Source: Alphaproteobacteria bacterium SS10
GTDB lineage: Bacteria > Pseudomonadota > Alphaproteobacteria > TMED2
Length of the DNA: 64,000 bases
NCBI GenBank assembly: GCA_019192455.1
Contig: JAHCML010000006.1
Location: forward strand, 25-64,024
Direction: 5' to 3'
A program made the translations under genes and the position numbers. Every line of letters begins with the position of its first letter. Position 1 is the first letter of the stretch. The notes below the pieces were generated by a model that saw only the letters and a list, made by a program, of their open reading frames with translations, was not told the origin of the DNA and searched no databases. This document shows positions 19,234 to 29,077 of the stretch, one piece after another.

Positions 19234-20550
19234 ATGAAAGCGGCGCAGTCTCCGGCCCGATCAGCCATCGTAGATGCATTGCCGCCCAAGATGCCCCAGG
19301 GCCTGAAAGCCTACCTTCACTTTATCGCCAGCCACCCATCCTTGCTGGTTTTTGGGATGGCGATGACCTTCTGCTCCAGCTTTGGACAAACCTTCTTCAT
19401 CAGCCTGTTCAATGAGCCCCTGCGCGAGGCGTTCAGTTTAAGCCATGGTGAGTTCGGCGCCATCTATCTCGCCGCCACCTGCCTAAGCGCCGCAACGATT
19501 ATCTGGGCCGGATTGAAGGTCGATGATGTTGAGCTGCGCCGCTACACGACCATTGTCCTGCTGGGCTACACCGTGGCGGCGGTTTTGATGGCGACAGCGA
19601 TCCATCCGATCATGCTGTTTATCGCCCTGTTCGGCCTTAGGCTGACTGGTCAGGGGCTGTTTGGGCATATCGCGACCGTGACCATGGCCCGTTATCTGGG
19701 CCCCAATCGCGGTAAGGGCCTCAGCGTTAGCGCCCTTGGCATGCCATTGGGGGAGGCATTTTGGCCGCCTGCCATCACGCTGCTACTGGTTAGTGCTGGC
19801 CTACATTGGCGTGCCAGCTGGTTGATGATCGCCGGATTTCTTGTGCTGATCATCCTGCCGGCAATCTGGCTGTTACTGCGGGGCCAGGGGCAACGTGATG
19901 CCGCCCTTGCCGCTGAACGCGCCGAGCAACCGAGTGAGGGCAAACGGATCAAGCAGAGCGAACTGATCCGTGATGGTCGGTTCATTGGCATCATGCCCTA
20001 TATCCTGGCGCCACCCTTTATCCTGACCGGCATCTTCTTTCACCAACAGGCCCTGGCCACCGATCGCGGCTGGCCTCTCGCTGAGATGGCGGCCTTCTTT
20101 TCCCTCTACGCTGTGGGCTCCCTCAGCGCCTCACTCACCATTGGACCGATTGTCGATAAGCTTTCAGCCACCAAACTGGTGCCGATCACCTGCATCCCCT
20201 TGGCCCTGGGCATGACCATCTTTGCCAGTACGGATGCGAAGCTGGGCGGTGCCCTACTCTTCCTTTTGGCGGGCATCTCAACCGGGACGGCGATCCCGAT
20301 CCTGAATGCCATGTGGGCAGAGGTTTACGGCCTTGCCGATTTGGGGGCCGTGCGGGCACTGGTCTCTGCCTTGATGGTGCTATCAACGGCAATTGCGCCG
20401 CCGATCTTTGGCATAGCTCTGGATTATGGCTATGGCGGCAGCGCGATTGTCGGCGGTGCCCTTGCCTATCTGGCCGGTGCTTACCTGCTAATGCTGACCC
20501 AATACCCAAGACTGAAGGCAGGTGCGGCCACCAGGGCTGCGAGTGCTTAA
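19234..20550 (+). CDS. MFS transporter
   Basis: About 12 predicted TM segments with MFS-like loop motifs. The track start 19216 is TTG. The first ATG is 19234. Confidence 0.8.
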   Translation: MKAAQSPARSAIVDALPPKMPQGLKAYLHFIASHPSLLVFGMAMTFCSSFGQTFFISLFNEPLREAFSLSHGEFGAIYLAATCLSAATIIWAGLKVDDVELRRYTTIVLLGYTVAAVLMATAIHPIMLFIALFGLRLTGQGLFGHIATVTMARYLGPNRGKGLSVSALGMPLGEAFWPPAITLLLVSAGLHWRASWLMIAGFLVLIILPAIWLLLRGQGQRDAALAAERAEQPSEGKRIKQSELIRDGRFIGIMPYILAPPFILTGIFFHQQALATDRGWPLAEMAAFFSLYAVGSLSASLTIGPIVDKLSATKLVPITCIPLALGMTIFASTDAKLGGALLFLLAGISTGTAIPILNAMWAEVYGLADLGAVRALVSALMVLSTAIAPPIFGIALDYGYGGSAIVGGALAYLAGAYLLMLTQYPRLKAGAATRAASA

Positions 20551-20685
20551 AGTAGCCAATACAGCAATCGATAAACCAAAGGCAAAAATCTATCTAATTT
20601 AGCCGCAAATATAGCACGCTTTACAAATGTTGCGCCGCGCCAATTACTAGGTCAAATAGATGATCTAGGCGTATTGGGGAGCGTT

Positions 20686-21294
20686 ATGGATAGATTTTTA
20701 TTTAATAGCCAAATATTTTGGCGCCTTGGCTTCTTGACCTTACTTCTACTGCTTGCTGGTCCCGTGCATGCACAATCGCTGCAGGACCCGTCCACGGGCG
20801 CAGAGCCCGCAAGCCTGGTCGCACCCACCGGCTTTGGCGATGATGACCTAACCGGCACCCGGTTACTGGAAGAAGAAGTAGAGGAAGAGCAGCCCGAGGT
20901 TATTCGGCGTATCCTTCGCCTCGGCCCCGCACAGGCCCGGATTGTTGAGCTACCCCGGCCAGCAGGTGCCGTGATCGTTGCCGCCCCTGACACGGTCAGT
21001 GCGGTGCTCGATAGCCCACAGCGGTTGCTGCTGATCCCACGCCAGCTCTCTGCGACCTCCCTCACCGTGCTTGATGACCTGGATCGCCCGATGCTCGAGG
21101 CACAGGTGATCATCTCTGGTCGGAATAACCGAAGCCTACGGGTCACCCGGGGCTGCCCAACCGGTAGCCGCTGCCCGGAATCCACCGTTGAGTTCTGTGC
21201 CGGTGATTGCATCACCCTGCCATTGCTGGCGACCGCGCCAGCCAACCCCAGCATCAACGGCACTGAACCCAACGCTGCCGCGAACAGCGAGTAA
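20686..21294 (+). CDS. Secreted protein with pilus-formation (CpaC/secretin N-terminal-like, PF13629-type) domain
   Basis: Signal peptide (…LGFLTLLLLLAGPVHA|QS). The region 'ARIVELPRPAGAVIVAAPDTVSAVLDSPQRLLLIPRQLSATSLTVLD' resembles the N-terminal domain of the CpaC in this window. The track start 20674 is TTG. The ATG is at 20686. Confidence 0.5.
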   Translation: MDRFLFNSQIFWRLGFLTLLLLLAGPVHAQSLQDPSTGAEPASLVAPTGFGDDDLTGTRLLEEEVEEEQPEVIRRILRLGPAQARIVELPRPAGAVIVAAPDTVSAVLDSPQRLLLIPRQLSATSLTVLDDLDRPMLEAQVIISGRNNRSLRVTRGCPTGSRCPESTVEFCAGDCITLPLLATAPANPSINGTEPNAAANSE

Positions 21295-21302
21295 GGGGAA
21301 GA

Positions 21303-22583
21303 ATGATGACCCATATCCAGCTGACACAGCCCCAAACCACTGGCCGGACCTGGCGCCGCAATGGTGCCGTGGCTCTGCTATTGCCATTGCTTGCCGCCTG
21401 TAATGCGGCGACCGCACCGGGTGAACGCTCTGGCCTCCACACCAACGGACCGGTCGGTGATTCCGACGGGATTTTCGCTGGCCCACCTGTGCCCGTGCCA
21501 GAGAGTAAAATCCTAGGCGATGCGTTCGAGCCGAGCGCCAACAGTGATTCTCTGCCGCCCTCTGAGGTGGCACAGGCCCTGCCCGGCGTGATTGAAGAGC
21601 AGGCCCGCAGCGCGGTCGCCCGCAGCGATTTCAGCGCAGCAGCCGCTTACTACGCGCTGCTCTACTACCGCGATCAACGGGATGAGCGGCTGGCCATCAA
21701 ATATGCGGAGGCCCTGCGTCGCTCAGGCTCTGCCGATCAAGCCTTGGCGGTTCTTAAACCATTTGCCGAGCCAGAATCCGCGACGCCGCAGGCGCTGATT
21801 GCCTATGCCAAGGCAAACCTAAAGGTGAAGCGTCTGGCCGCTGCGGTTCAATCCGCCCGCTGGGCCGTTGATGCCGACCCCACCCTGGCTGAAGCCTACC
21901 ATGTCCTGGCAACCACCCTGGACGCCATGACCAATCACCGGGAGGCCCAGGCGGCGTATCAGTCAGCCCTGGCCCATGGCATTGGCGATAGCCACCGAAC
22001 CCTAAATAACCTCGCCATGTCCTACGCCCAGAGTGGGGAGCTAGCGATGGCGCAATCTAGCCTTCGCCAAGCGCTGCAACTGGCCGGTGATGACCCCACG
22101 GTTCAGGCCAACCTGCAGCTGGTCAGCACCATGGCAAGCCAGCAACGGCTGAAGCCCATGCTTGCGCTCAGCCTGCCAACCAGGACTAGCGGTGAGCCCG
22201 CCGAACCAACCCGCCATCCACGCCGTGAATGGGCGGTGGATCGGGGCGCAGATCCGCGCAGCTTCCAAACCGGAACGTTTGAGAGCTTTGATCGCCTGGT
22301 CCTGCCACGCCTGGCACCCGGCGCGATCAGTGTCGAGAATGATGATGGATTGGTAACGGTCAAGCTGCCCGCCACCATCGTCGCCAACCTGCCAAAACTG
22401 ACCAAAGAGCTGGAGCGTTCGGTTGAGACGATCACCATGCAAGGTGACGCAAAGGGCATTGCCCTGTCCTTCCAGCTGAAGCCGGATGTGGCGATCTTTG
22501 AGCGGGCGGTGGAAGATCGGATGGCCATAGACTTCCTGATCGACCCTGCGGAAGCTAGCAGCAACCAGCAAGCATCCCGGTAG
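21303..22583 (+). CDS. TPR-repeat lipoprotein (TadD-like Flp pilus assembly protein candidate)
   Basis: Lipoprotein signal (LLLPLLAAC). Multiple TPR-like helical repeats are present (…AEAYHVLATTL…AQAAYQSALAH…NNLAMSYAQSGELAMAQ…). It lies adjacent to the tad locus. Confidence 0.6.
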   Translation: MMTHIQLTQPQTTGRTWRRNGAVALLLPLLAACNAATAPGERSGLHTNGPVGDSDGIFAGPPVPVPESKILGDAFEPSANSDSLPPSEVAQALPGVIEEQARSAVARSDFSAAAAYYALLYYRDQRDERLAIKYAEALRRSGSADQALAVLKPFAEPESATPQALIAYAKANLKVKRLAAAVQSARWAVDADPTLAEAYHVLATTLDAMTNHREAQAAYQSALAHGIGDSHRTLNNLAMSYAQSGELAMAQSSLRQALQLAGDDPTVQANLQLVSTMASQQRLKPMLALSLPTRTSGEPAEPTRHPRREWAVDRGADPRSFQTGTFESFDRLVLPRLAPGAISVENDDGLVTVKLPATIVANLPKLTKELERSVETITMQGDAKGIALSFQLKPDVAIFERAVEDRMAIDFLIDPAEASSNQQASR

Positions 22584-22670
22584 GCGCCGCTATCTGTCCG
22601 TGTTGGGCAATACCTAACTAGACGCTATGGTGCGGGGACCTCAATGACCGCCGCACCATGAGCTTGTTCA

Positions 22671-23270
22671 ATGGATCGCTTCACGATCTTTGGCGACCGC
22701 CGATCCGGCAACTGCCTTAAAGTTCTCTATACCGCCCGACATTTGGATCTCAGCTATGACTGGGAAGAGATCGATATCATGGCCGGTGAGAGCCGGGATG
22801 AGGCCTTCCTTGCCATAAACCCATGGGGTCAGATACCGGCGGTGCGGTTCAGCGATGGCCGCGTATTAACCCAATCTAACGCCATCACCCTGCATCTGGC
22901 TGAGGGTTCTGCGCTGATCCCAAGCGAGGCTTTCGCCCGCGCCCAGATACATGAGTGGATGTTTTGGGAACAATACAGCCACGAACCTGCCATCGCGGTC
23001 CGACGGTTCATGAAGATCTATGCCAACAAGGCTGATGATGAGATTGAGCCAAAACTTCTGGATCGGGGCTATGCCGCCCTCGACCATATGGAAGCGAGCT
23101 TGAGCAAACGTGATTGGCTGGTTGGCGGTTCAATCTCACTCGCTGATATCGCGCTGGTGGCCTACACCCAATATGCAGGCGATGGCGGGTTCGACCTTGG
23201 CCGTTATCCGGGCATCAGTCGTTGGATTGCGCGCACTGGCAGCGTGATTGATCTCAGCGCCACGCCTTAA
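22671..23270 (+). CDS. Glutathione S-transferase family protein
   Basis: 199 aa. The N-terminal thioredoxin-like GST domain (…SGNCLKV…INPWGQIPAV…) is present. Confidence 0.85.
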   Translation: MDRFTIFGDRRSGNCLKVLYTARHLDLSYDWEEIDIMAGESRDEAFLAINPWGQIPAVRFSDGRVLTQSNAITLHLAEGSALIPSEAFARAQIHEWMFWEQYSHEPAIAVRRFMKIYANKADDEIEPKLLDRGYAALDHMEASLSKRDWLVGGSISLADIALVAYTQYAGDGGFDLGRYPGISRWIARTGSVIDLSATP

Positions 23271-23273
23271 CCC

Positions 23274-24227
23274 CTAGAAGGTCTGCATCACCTTGATGAT
23301 GGCGGGGCCCAGGATGGTGACGAACAGGCCGGGCAGGAAGAACAGGATCATTGGTACGGTGAGCTTGGCGGGCAAGGCGGCAGCGATCCGCTCAGCCTTC
23401 GACATGCGCTGATCACGTAGGTCACCGGCGAGTGTCCGTAGCGCGCGGCCAAGCGATGTACCGTATTTCTCAGCCTGGATCAGGGTATTGGCGAAGGTGC
23501 GGGCCGAGGGTTCGCTGATCCTAGTGGCGAAGTTCTTAAACGCGCCAGAGCGATCCCCCAGCAGGGCAAGCTCAGCACTTAACAAGCCCAGCTCCTCCCC
23601 CAACACGGTGGATTGCTCCTCAATCTCATGGGCAACACGGTCGATGGCGGCCTCAACACTGAGCCCACCTTCAACACAGACCAGCATCAGATCGAGGGCG
23701 TCGGGGAAGTTGTTGGCGACCTCATCCTTCCGTTTCTGCGCGGCGTTAATCACGAACAGCAATGGCAGGAAGAAGCCGAATACAGCGGTAGCGACAATGA
23801 TCCCCATCCGCTCGGTGTTCGAGATGTCAAAGCCAGTGGTGTAGATGAAGGCCAGGACCGCCATGATTGCCGGGGCCGCCAACCGGGCCGTCATGTAAAT
23901 CAGCGCTGCACGCGGACTGCGATAACCAGCGGCGGCGAGCTTCTCTCGCGCGCTTGCAAGACCGGCATAGCGTTCGATCTGAAACAGCTCAGCCAGGCTC
24001 TGCGAGGCGTTGCGGCGGATCAGGGCGGCATTTGCCTCCATCTCCTGCCGCTGGGTGGCAGCAAGGTTGCGTCGCCGCTCAACCACCACGGCCTTTACCC
24101 GCTCGCGCTGATCAGCACGGTCCAGCAAGGGGAGGCCAGCATAGATAACCGAGATCATGGCCCCGGCAGCGGCGGCCCAGGTCCAGATCTCGCCGCTCTC
24201 AATGAACTCTGAAAAGAACTCAATCAT
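23274..24227 (-). CDS. tadC: Flp pilus assembly protein TadC (type II secretion system F-domain)
   Basis: 317-aa membrane protein with T2SS-F domain pattern. It is the last gene of the cpa/tad operon. Confidence 0.85.
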   Translation of the reverse strand: MIEFFSEFIESGEIWTWAAAAGAMISVIYAGLPLLDRADQRERVKAVVVERRRNLAATQRQEMEANAALIRRNASQSLAELFQIERYAGLASAREKLAAAGYRSPRAALIYMTARLAAPAIMAVLAFIYTTGFDISNTERMGIIVATAVFGFFLPLLFVINAAQKRKDEVANNFPDALDLMLVCVEGGLSVEAAIDRVAHEIEEQSTVLGEELGLLSAELALLGDRSGAFKNFATRISEPSARTFANTLIQAEKYGTSLGRALRTLAGDLRDQRMSKAERIAAALPAKLTVPMILFFLPGLFVTILGPAIIKVMQTF

Positions 24228-24233
24228 GGGCGC

Positions 24234-25244
24234 CTAAACCTTGAAATGGATCATCTTAGCCATGACCCCGATGCCAATGATCATCCAGAAGATGGCACCG
24301 GCGACCAGCAGGTTGCCGATTTTGGTGTCCCACATCGGGTTCATGTATTCCGGTGCCACGGTGATGATGGCACCGGATAGGAAGAATGGCAGCGAGCCGA
24401 TGATACCGGCCGAGGCCTTAGCCTCACTGGTCATTGCCTGGACCTTACGTTTCAACTTAAAACGCGCACGTATCACATCCGCCAAATTCTGTAGTGTTTC
24501 GGACAAGGAACCACCCGTTTGGGACTGGATCGCAAGCGCGATGGCCAGCATATGCATCTCTTGCAGCGGCATACGCTTGGCACACCGCTCCAACGCATCA
24601 GCAAGGGAGAAACCGGCCGCCTGTTCATCCGTCACGATTGCAAACTCGGTCGCAATGGGCCCCTTAAACTCGCGGCCAATCATGGCGAGCGCCTCGTTAA
24701 CTGGCAGACCCGCCTTCAAACCCCGAACCATCACATCAAGGGCATCAGGGAGAGAGGATAGGAACTGCCGCATCCGGCGCCGCCCCAGGATGGTCAACAC
24801 CATGAACGGCACGCCAAGACCCGCGGTAATAGACAGGGTTAGGGCAAGTTGAAGGTTCTGTTGCGCGGCATAGCCAACGGCCGCCGCTCCCAGTGCAAGG
24901 CCAGCCGCAATCTGCCAAAACTGTTTGACGTCAATCGGCAGACCAGCCTCGGCGATCCGGTCTTCAACCGACCGTGCCGCCTGTTCTTTCTCATCCTTCT
25001 TCTTCTCAGCGGAGCGCAGGCGCTTTTCGATGCTGGACAGGTCATTGGTGCGCGCCGCACCGACCTGGCGGCTTTGCCCGGCTGCCTTAACCACATTATT
25101 GATGCGATTGCGCAGATGCCAATAGCGGGCGAACCAGATGCCAGCACCGGTGCCACCGATGGCGATCAAGGCGGCGGATAAGGCAATGATTTCACGGTAC
25201 CGTTCAAAGAAGGCGGTGATCAGTTGCCATTGCTGTTCTGTCAT
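24234..25244 (-). CDS. tadB: Flp pilus assembly protein TadB (type II secretion system F-domain)
   Basis: T2SS-F-type membrane protein. The track start 25256 is GTG. The first ATG (MTEQQWQL…) is at 25244. Confidence 0.85.
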   Translation of the reverse strand: MTEQQWQLITAFFERYREIIALSAALIAIGGTGAGIWFARYWHLRNRINNVVKAAGQSRQVGAARTNDLSSIEKRLRSAEKKKDEKEQAARSVEDRIAEAGLPIDVKQFWQIAAGLALGAAAVGYAAQQNLQLALTLSITAGLGVPFMVLTILGRRRMRQFLSSLPDALDVMVRGLKAGLPVNEALAMIGREFKGPIATEFAIVTDEQAAGFSLADALERCAKRMPLQEMHMLAIALAIQSQTGGSLSETLQNLADVIRARFKLKRKVQAMTSEAKASAGIIGSLPFFLSGAIITVAPEYMNPMWDTKIGNLLVAGAIFWMIIGIGVMAKMIHFKV

Positions 25245-25293
25245 TGGCGCTAACACTTACTCTTGGCCGATTGGTGGTGCCAGGGCACCCGCA

Positions 25294-27099
25294 TTAATGG
25301 GCCGCTTCCAGTGCCTCCAGCAGTTCACCATGCAGGCCGTAATACCGGGCTTTCTCCCAGAACTTTGGCCGCAGGCCGGTTGCAACATGACGGCCGACGA
25401 GGTTGCCGTCCCGGTCCTCGCCGGTCACCTCAAACCGCACTAAATCCTGCAGGGTGACCACATCACCCTCCATGCCCGCGACCTCGGTGATGTGGGTGAC
25501 CCGGCGCGACCCGTCGCGCAGTCGCTGACACTGCACCACCACATTGATGGCGGCGGCAATCTGCTCACGAATGGCCGCAGGTGGGATAGAGATATTGCCC
25601 ATGGCAATCATGTTCTCGACCCGGCTCAACCCCTCCCGCGGGTTGTTGGCGTGAATTGTGCCCATTGAACCGTCATGGCCCGTATTCATCGCCTGAAGCA
25701 GGTCAAACGCCTCGGGTCCACGGACCTCACCCACGATGATCCGATCAGGCCGCATCCGTAGGCAGTTTTTAACGAGATCCCGCATCAAGACCTCGCCCTC
25801 GCCCTCAAGGTTCGGGGGCCGGGTCTCCAGGCGCACCACATGCGGCTGCTGTAGCTGAAGCTCGCAGGCATCCTCGCAGGTGATAACGCGCTCGCCATGG
25901 CTGATGTAGCCGGTCAGGCAGTTGAGCATCGTCGTCTTGCCCGAACCGGTACCGCCAGAGATTAGAATGTTGCACCGGCTGGCGGCGGCGACACGCAGTA
26001 CGGTGGCCGCTGCCTGGTCGACAGAGCCGTACTCCATCAACTTCTCAAGCGTCAGCTTCTCTTGCTTAAACTTACGAATGGTGAGGGTGGCGCCATCAAC
26101 GGCGAGCGGTGGGATGATCGCGTTAACCCGGCTGCCATCGGGTAAGCGGGCGTCACAGATCGGGCTGCTCTCATCAATCCGTCGACCAACGGCCGAGACG
26201 ATCTTCTGACAGATATTGATGAGGTGCTGGTTATCGCGAAACCGGATCGGCGCCTGGCTGATCTTACCCTCGGTCTCGATGTAGACCGTCTCAGGGCCGT
26301 TCACCATGATGTCCGCGATATCGTCACGGGCCAGCAACGGCTCAAGCGGGCCATAGCCGAGGATATCGTCACAGACTTCTCGGCTCAGGCTGAACTGCTC
26401 TGACGCTGTTAGGTCGAGGCGGCGGAAGTTGATGATGGTCTCAACCGCCGTCTCGATATCCTGGCGCGCCCGCTCACGATCCAAACGCACAAGGCTGGTG
26501 ACATCAACACCCTGCCGAATGTCCTCAAAGACGATGTCCCGGGCAGCAATGTAACGCTCAGACAGGTCCGGTGCCCGGCTTGGTTGGAAGTCGCCCGTCC
26601 CTTTTGAGGCTGGCGGGCGATCATTGGCCGGCTTCGGCGCCGTGGCGGTCGGGCGGGGTTGTGGTGCTTGGGTCGGCTGTGGCGCTGGTTGGCGCGCGAA
26701 CCCTGTTGGCTCTTCCCGTGCCTGCACGGCTGGCATTGCATCACCTGGTATCGGTGCATCAGCTGACTGTCCGGGCACACCGACCGCACCGGCTTGAAGG
26801 GCGGTGTTTAGATCCGGTGGCTCCTCACCGATGGGTGGGGTGCCAACCGTATCTTCGTTAGGCTCATCGACTGGATCGTCAAAAGGATTGGCGCTCGGGT
26901 AACTATCCGTTGCCGATGGCGTTTGCTGCGGTGACTGCGGTGGCGGGGCAATTGGCTCGGCGACCACGGGTGCAGAGCGCTCAACCGATGGTTCAAGCGG
27001 CGCAGGCTCGCTAAAGGAACGCCCAGCAGGTGGCGCGTCTGCCGGACGCATATCCTGCTTAAACGGATCCCTGACTGGGTCGGCGCGGCGGCCAAACAT
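25294..27099 (-). CDS. cpaF: CpaF/TadA secretion ATPase with long Pro-rich N-terminal extension
   Basis: The C-terminal 430 aa have Walker A 'GGTGSGKTT' and VirB11/CpaF-type motifs. The N-terminal ~170 aa are Pro/Ala/Gln-rich and low complexity. Confidence 0.9.
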   Translation of the reverse strand: MFGRRADPVRDPFKQDMRPADAPPAGRSFSEPAPLEPSVERSAPVVAEPIAPPPQSPQQTPSATDSYPSANPFDDPVDEPNEDTVGTPPIGEEPPDLNTALQAGAVGVPGQSADAPIPGDAMPAVQAREEPTGFARQPAPQPTQAPQPRPTATAPKPANDRPPASKGTGDFQPSRAPDLSERYIAARDIVFEDIRQGVDVTSLVRLDRERARQDIETAVETIINFRRLDLTASEQFSLSREVCDDILGYGPLEPLLARDDIADIMVNGPETVYIETEGKISQAPIRFRDNQHLINICQKIVSAVGRRIDESSPICDARLPDGSRVNAIIPPLAVDGATLTIRKFKQEKLTLEKLMEYGSVDQAAATVLRVAAASRCNILISGGTGSGKTTMLNCLTGYISHGERVITCEDACELQLQQPHVVRLETRPPNLEGEGEVLMRDLVKNCLRMRPDRIIVGEVRGPEAFDLLQAMNTGHDGSMGTIHANNPREGLSRVENMIAMGNISIPPAAIREQIAAAINVVVQCQRLRDGSRRVTHITEVAGMEGDVVTLQDLVRFEVTGEDRDGNLVGRHVATGLRPKFWEKARYYGLHGELLEALEAAH

Positions 27100-27116
27100 A
27101 CGCTAACGCCCCCTAC

Positions 27117-28397
27117 CTACGCCCGGCCGGGCATTAGCCCGCCCAATAGCGCGCCCAGCTTGCCCGAGGCGGGCATCAGCGCGGCAGCACTGCGCGACAC
27201 CTGGTCATTGGCGATACGGCCAGCACTGGCGCTTTCTTTCTGGTAGATAGCGTCGATCAACGGGGCTAGATCGCGCAGCACCTTCTGGGTTGTTTTATCG
27301 TTGTCGAAATATTTCCCATTGGTCTCAGCGAGGGCGAACAGGTTTGGTGCGAAGGGCACGCTATGGACTGACTTCTGCTCCAGCGCGTCCTTGATCGCAT
27401 CGACGGGCAAATCAGCCCGGTCATGGGCGCCCTGTTTGTTGACTAGCACACTTGTTGGCGCGTCGCTGCCCCGCTTCTGCTTTAACTCATCAAGCAATAG
27501 CCGCGCATTGCGAAGCGAGGTCAGAAGTGGCGTGGTGACCAGCACAACGTGATCGGCCATCGCCGCCACATGACGGGTCAGCGGATGCAAACCAGCAGGC
27601 AAGTCGACGATGGTCACATCAGCCAGGGTGCGGGCCTCGGCAATCAGCATCTCAACCGCCTCAAATCCATATTGGTCTGGCGAGGCAACACCGCGGCCGC
27701 CCGGTAATAGTTGGATATGGTCACCAACCTGGCTGACCACGCGGCTCAACATTTCCGCATCAAACTTGCCGTCGGCGATACTCTCTAGAAGCTCATCGAG
27801 CGAGCGCTTGGCTTCACATCCGAAGGCAATGCCGCTGGTACCGCCAAGGCCCTGCATATCGGCAAGGAAACTTGTCGCCTGTCGCTTCTCCCCCGCCAGC
27901 CAGGCAATGGCCTGGGCCATGCTGGTGGTGCCGACACCACCCTTGGCGCCGACGACGGCGACTAGTTTGCCGCTGGCACCGCTAACGTTGGCCAGGCCCT
28001 TAGCGAAGGAACCGATCAACTCCTCAGGGCCATATGGACCAACCAGATAGTCACTAACGCCCATCTCGGTCAGGCGCCGATACAGGCGGACATCATTGGT
28101 ATGGCCGAGGACAATCGCACCGGTACCGGGACGACAATGGCCAGCCAGCTTATCAATCGCGCCCTCAACATCATTGGCGGCATTATCAAGCTCAACTGCG
28201 ACCAACTCCGGTGACGGGGCCTGGCGATAGTGTTCCATCGCCTTGGTTAGGCCGCCATCCATGGTGTTGATTGTGATCCGCGCCATCCGCCAATCTTCAA
28301 CGGTCGAGCGCAGCGCCTCCGCCGTTGCCGGATCGGTGAAGAATGCATCGATCGTCGCCCGTGGAAGTAGGGTCTGTTGGATCGCTGGATTACCCAT
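27117..28397 (-). CDS. cpaE: CpaE/TadZ pilus-assembly ATPase-like protein (receiver-like N-domain + MinD/ParA-type domain)
   Basis: 426 aa. Deviant Walker A 'VGAKGGVGTT' is present. Operon position between cpaD and cpaF also supports the call. Confidence 0.85.
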   Translation of the reverse strand: MGNPAIQQTLLPRATIDAFFTDPATAEALRSTVEDWRMARITINTMDGGLTKAMEHYRQAPSPELVAVELDNAANDVEGAIDKLAGHCRPGTGAIVLGHTNDVRLYRRLTEMGVSDYLVGPYGPEELIGSFAKGLANVSGASGKLVAVVGAKGGVGTTSMAQAIAWLAGEKRQATSFLADMQGLGGTSGIAFGCEAKRSLDELLESIADGKFDAEMLSRVVSQVGDHIQLLPGGRGVASPDQYGFEAVEMLIAEARTLADVTIVDLPAGLHPLTRHVAAMADHVVLVTTPLLTSLRNARLLLDELKQKRGSDAPTSVLVNKQGAHDRADLPVDAIKDALEQKSVHSVPFAPNLFALAETNGKYFDNDKTTQKVLRDLAPLIDAIYQKESASAGRIANDQVSRSAAALMPASGKLGALLGGLMPGRA

Positions 28398-28442
28398 AAA
28401 GTGCCTCCTATTCGGTCCTAAGCTGCGCCCGGTCTTGCGCGA

Positions 28443-29063
28443 TCAACGCGCCGCGTCAGTGGTTTGAAGAATGATGGATTGTGGCGGCGGCGGTGGATCA
28501 CCGGTACGCACGCGTTCAACGGCCAGCACACTCGGCTGGCTGCCAGATGTCGCCAGGCGGTCATTACCGGCCAGATCAGCAGGGCGGGCGGCCATCCGGC
28601 CAATCTGCTTATCCAGCGAACAACCAAGCGGTGAGCTCGCCTGCATTACATCTGGACAGTTGGGCAGCACCACATCCAAACGACGGAAGGTAGCGACAGC
28701 CCCATAGGGCTGGGCCGCGACGCCGGTGATGACAATGCGGTCACCGCTGATACCGGCATCCATGAATGCCATACGCAGCATGCGGGCATAGCGCTCTCGC
28801 TGATCACTGCTCTCGGTCGCCACAATCACATGGAGGCGGTTGCCGCCATGGCGATCATACTCATTGGCGATGGTCTTAACCGCCTGGAATAGGTCATCAC
28901 CGCCAGCCTCAAGCACCGGCTCAGGGATGGCCATCCGCTGGGCGCTTGGGGCCAGGTCCAGATACTGGTTTGGCGTGACGGTTTGATACTTCTCCTCAAC
29001 CCCAGCGCAGGCAACAATTACACCGCAGAAGAGTAAGGCGAGGCAGGCACGCAGATATTCCAT
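28443..29063 (-). CDS. cpaD: CpaD-type pilus assembly lipoprotein
   Basis: 206 aa. Lipobox 'IVACAG' is present. Operon position immediately downstream of the cpaC secretin supports the call. Confidence 0.7.
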   Translation of the reverse strand: MEYLRACLALLFCGVIVACAGVEEKYQTVTPNQYLDLAPSAQRMAIPEPVLEAGGDDLFQAVKTIANEYDRHGGNRLHVIVATESSDQRERYARMLRMAFMDAGISGDRIVITGVAAQPYGAVATFRRLDVVLPNCPDVMQASSPLGCSLDKQIGRMAARPADLAGNDRLATSGSQPSVLAVERVRTGDPPPPPQSIILQTTDAAR

Positions 29064-29077
29064 GGTCTGATCCTCCT

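Noticed and set aside
20652-21335. 227-aa minus-strand ORF
   Set aside because: It is antisense to the signal-peptide-bearing CpaC-N-like gene. It is Ser/Arg/Gly-rich low complexity.
22041-22571. 176-aa and 153-aa minus-strand ORFs
   Set aside because: They are antisense to the TPR lipoprotein gene.
24241-24852. 203-aa plus-strand ORF
   Set aside because: It is antisense to tadB.
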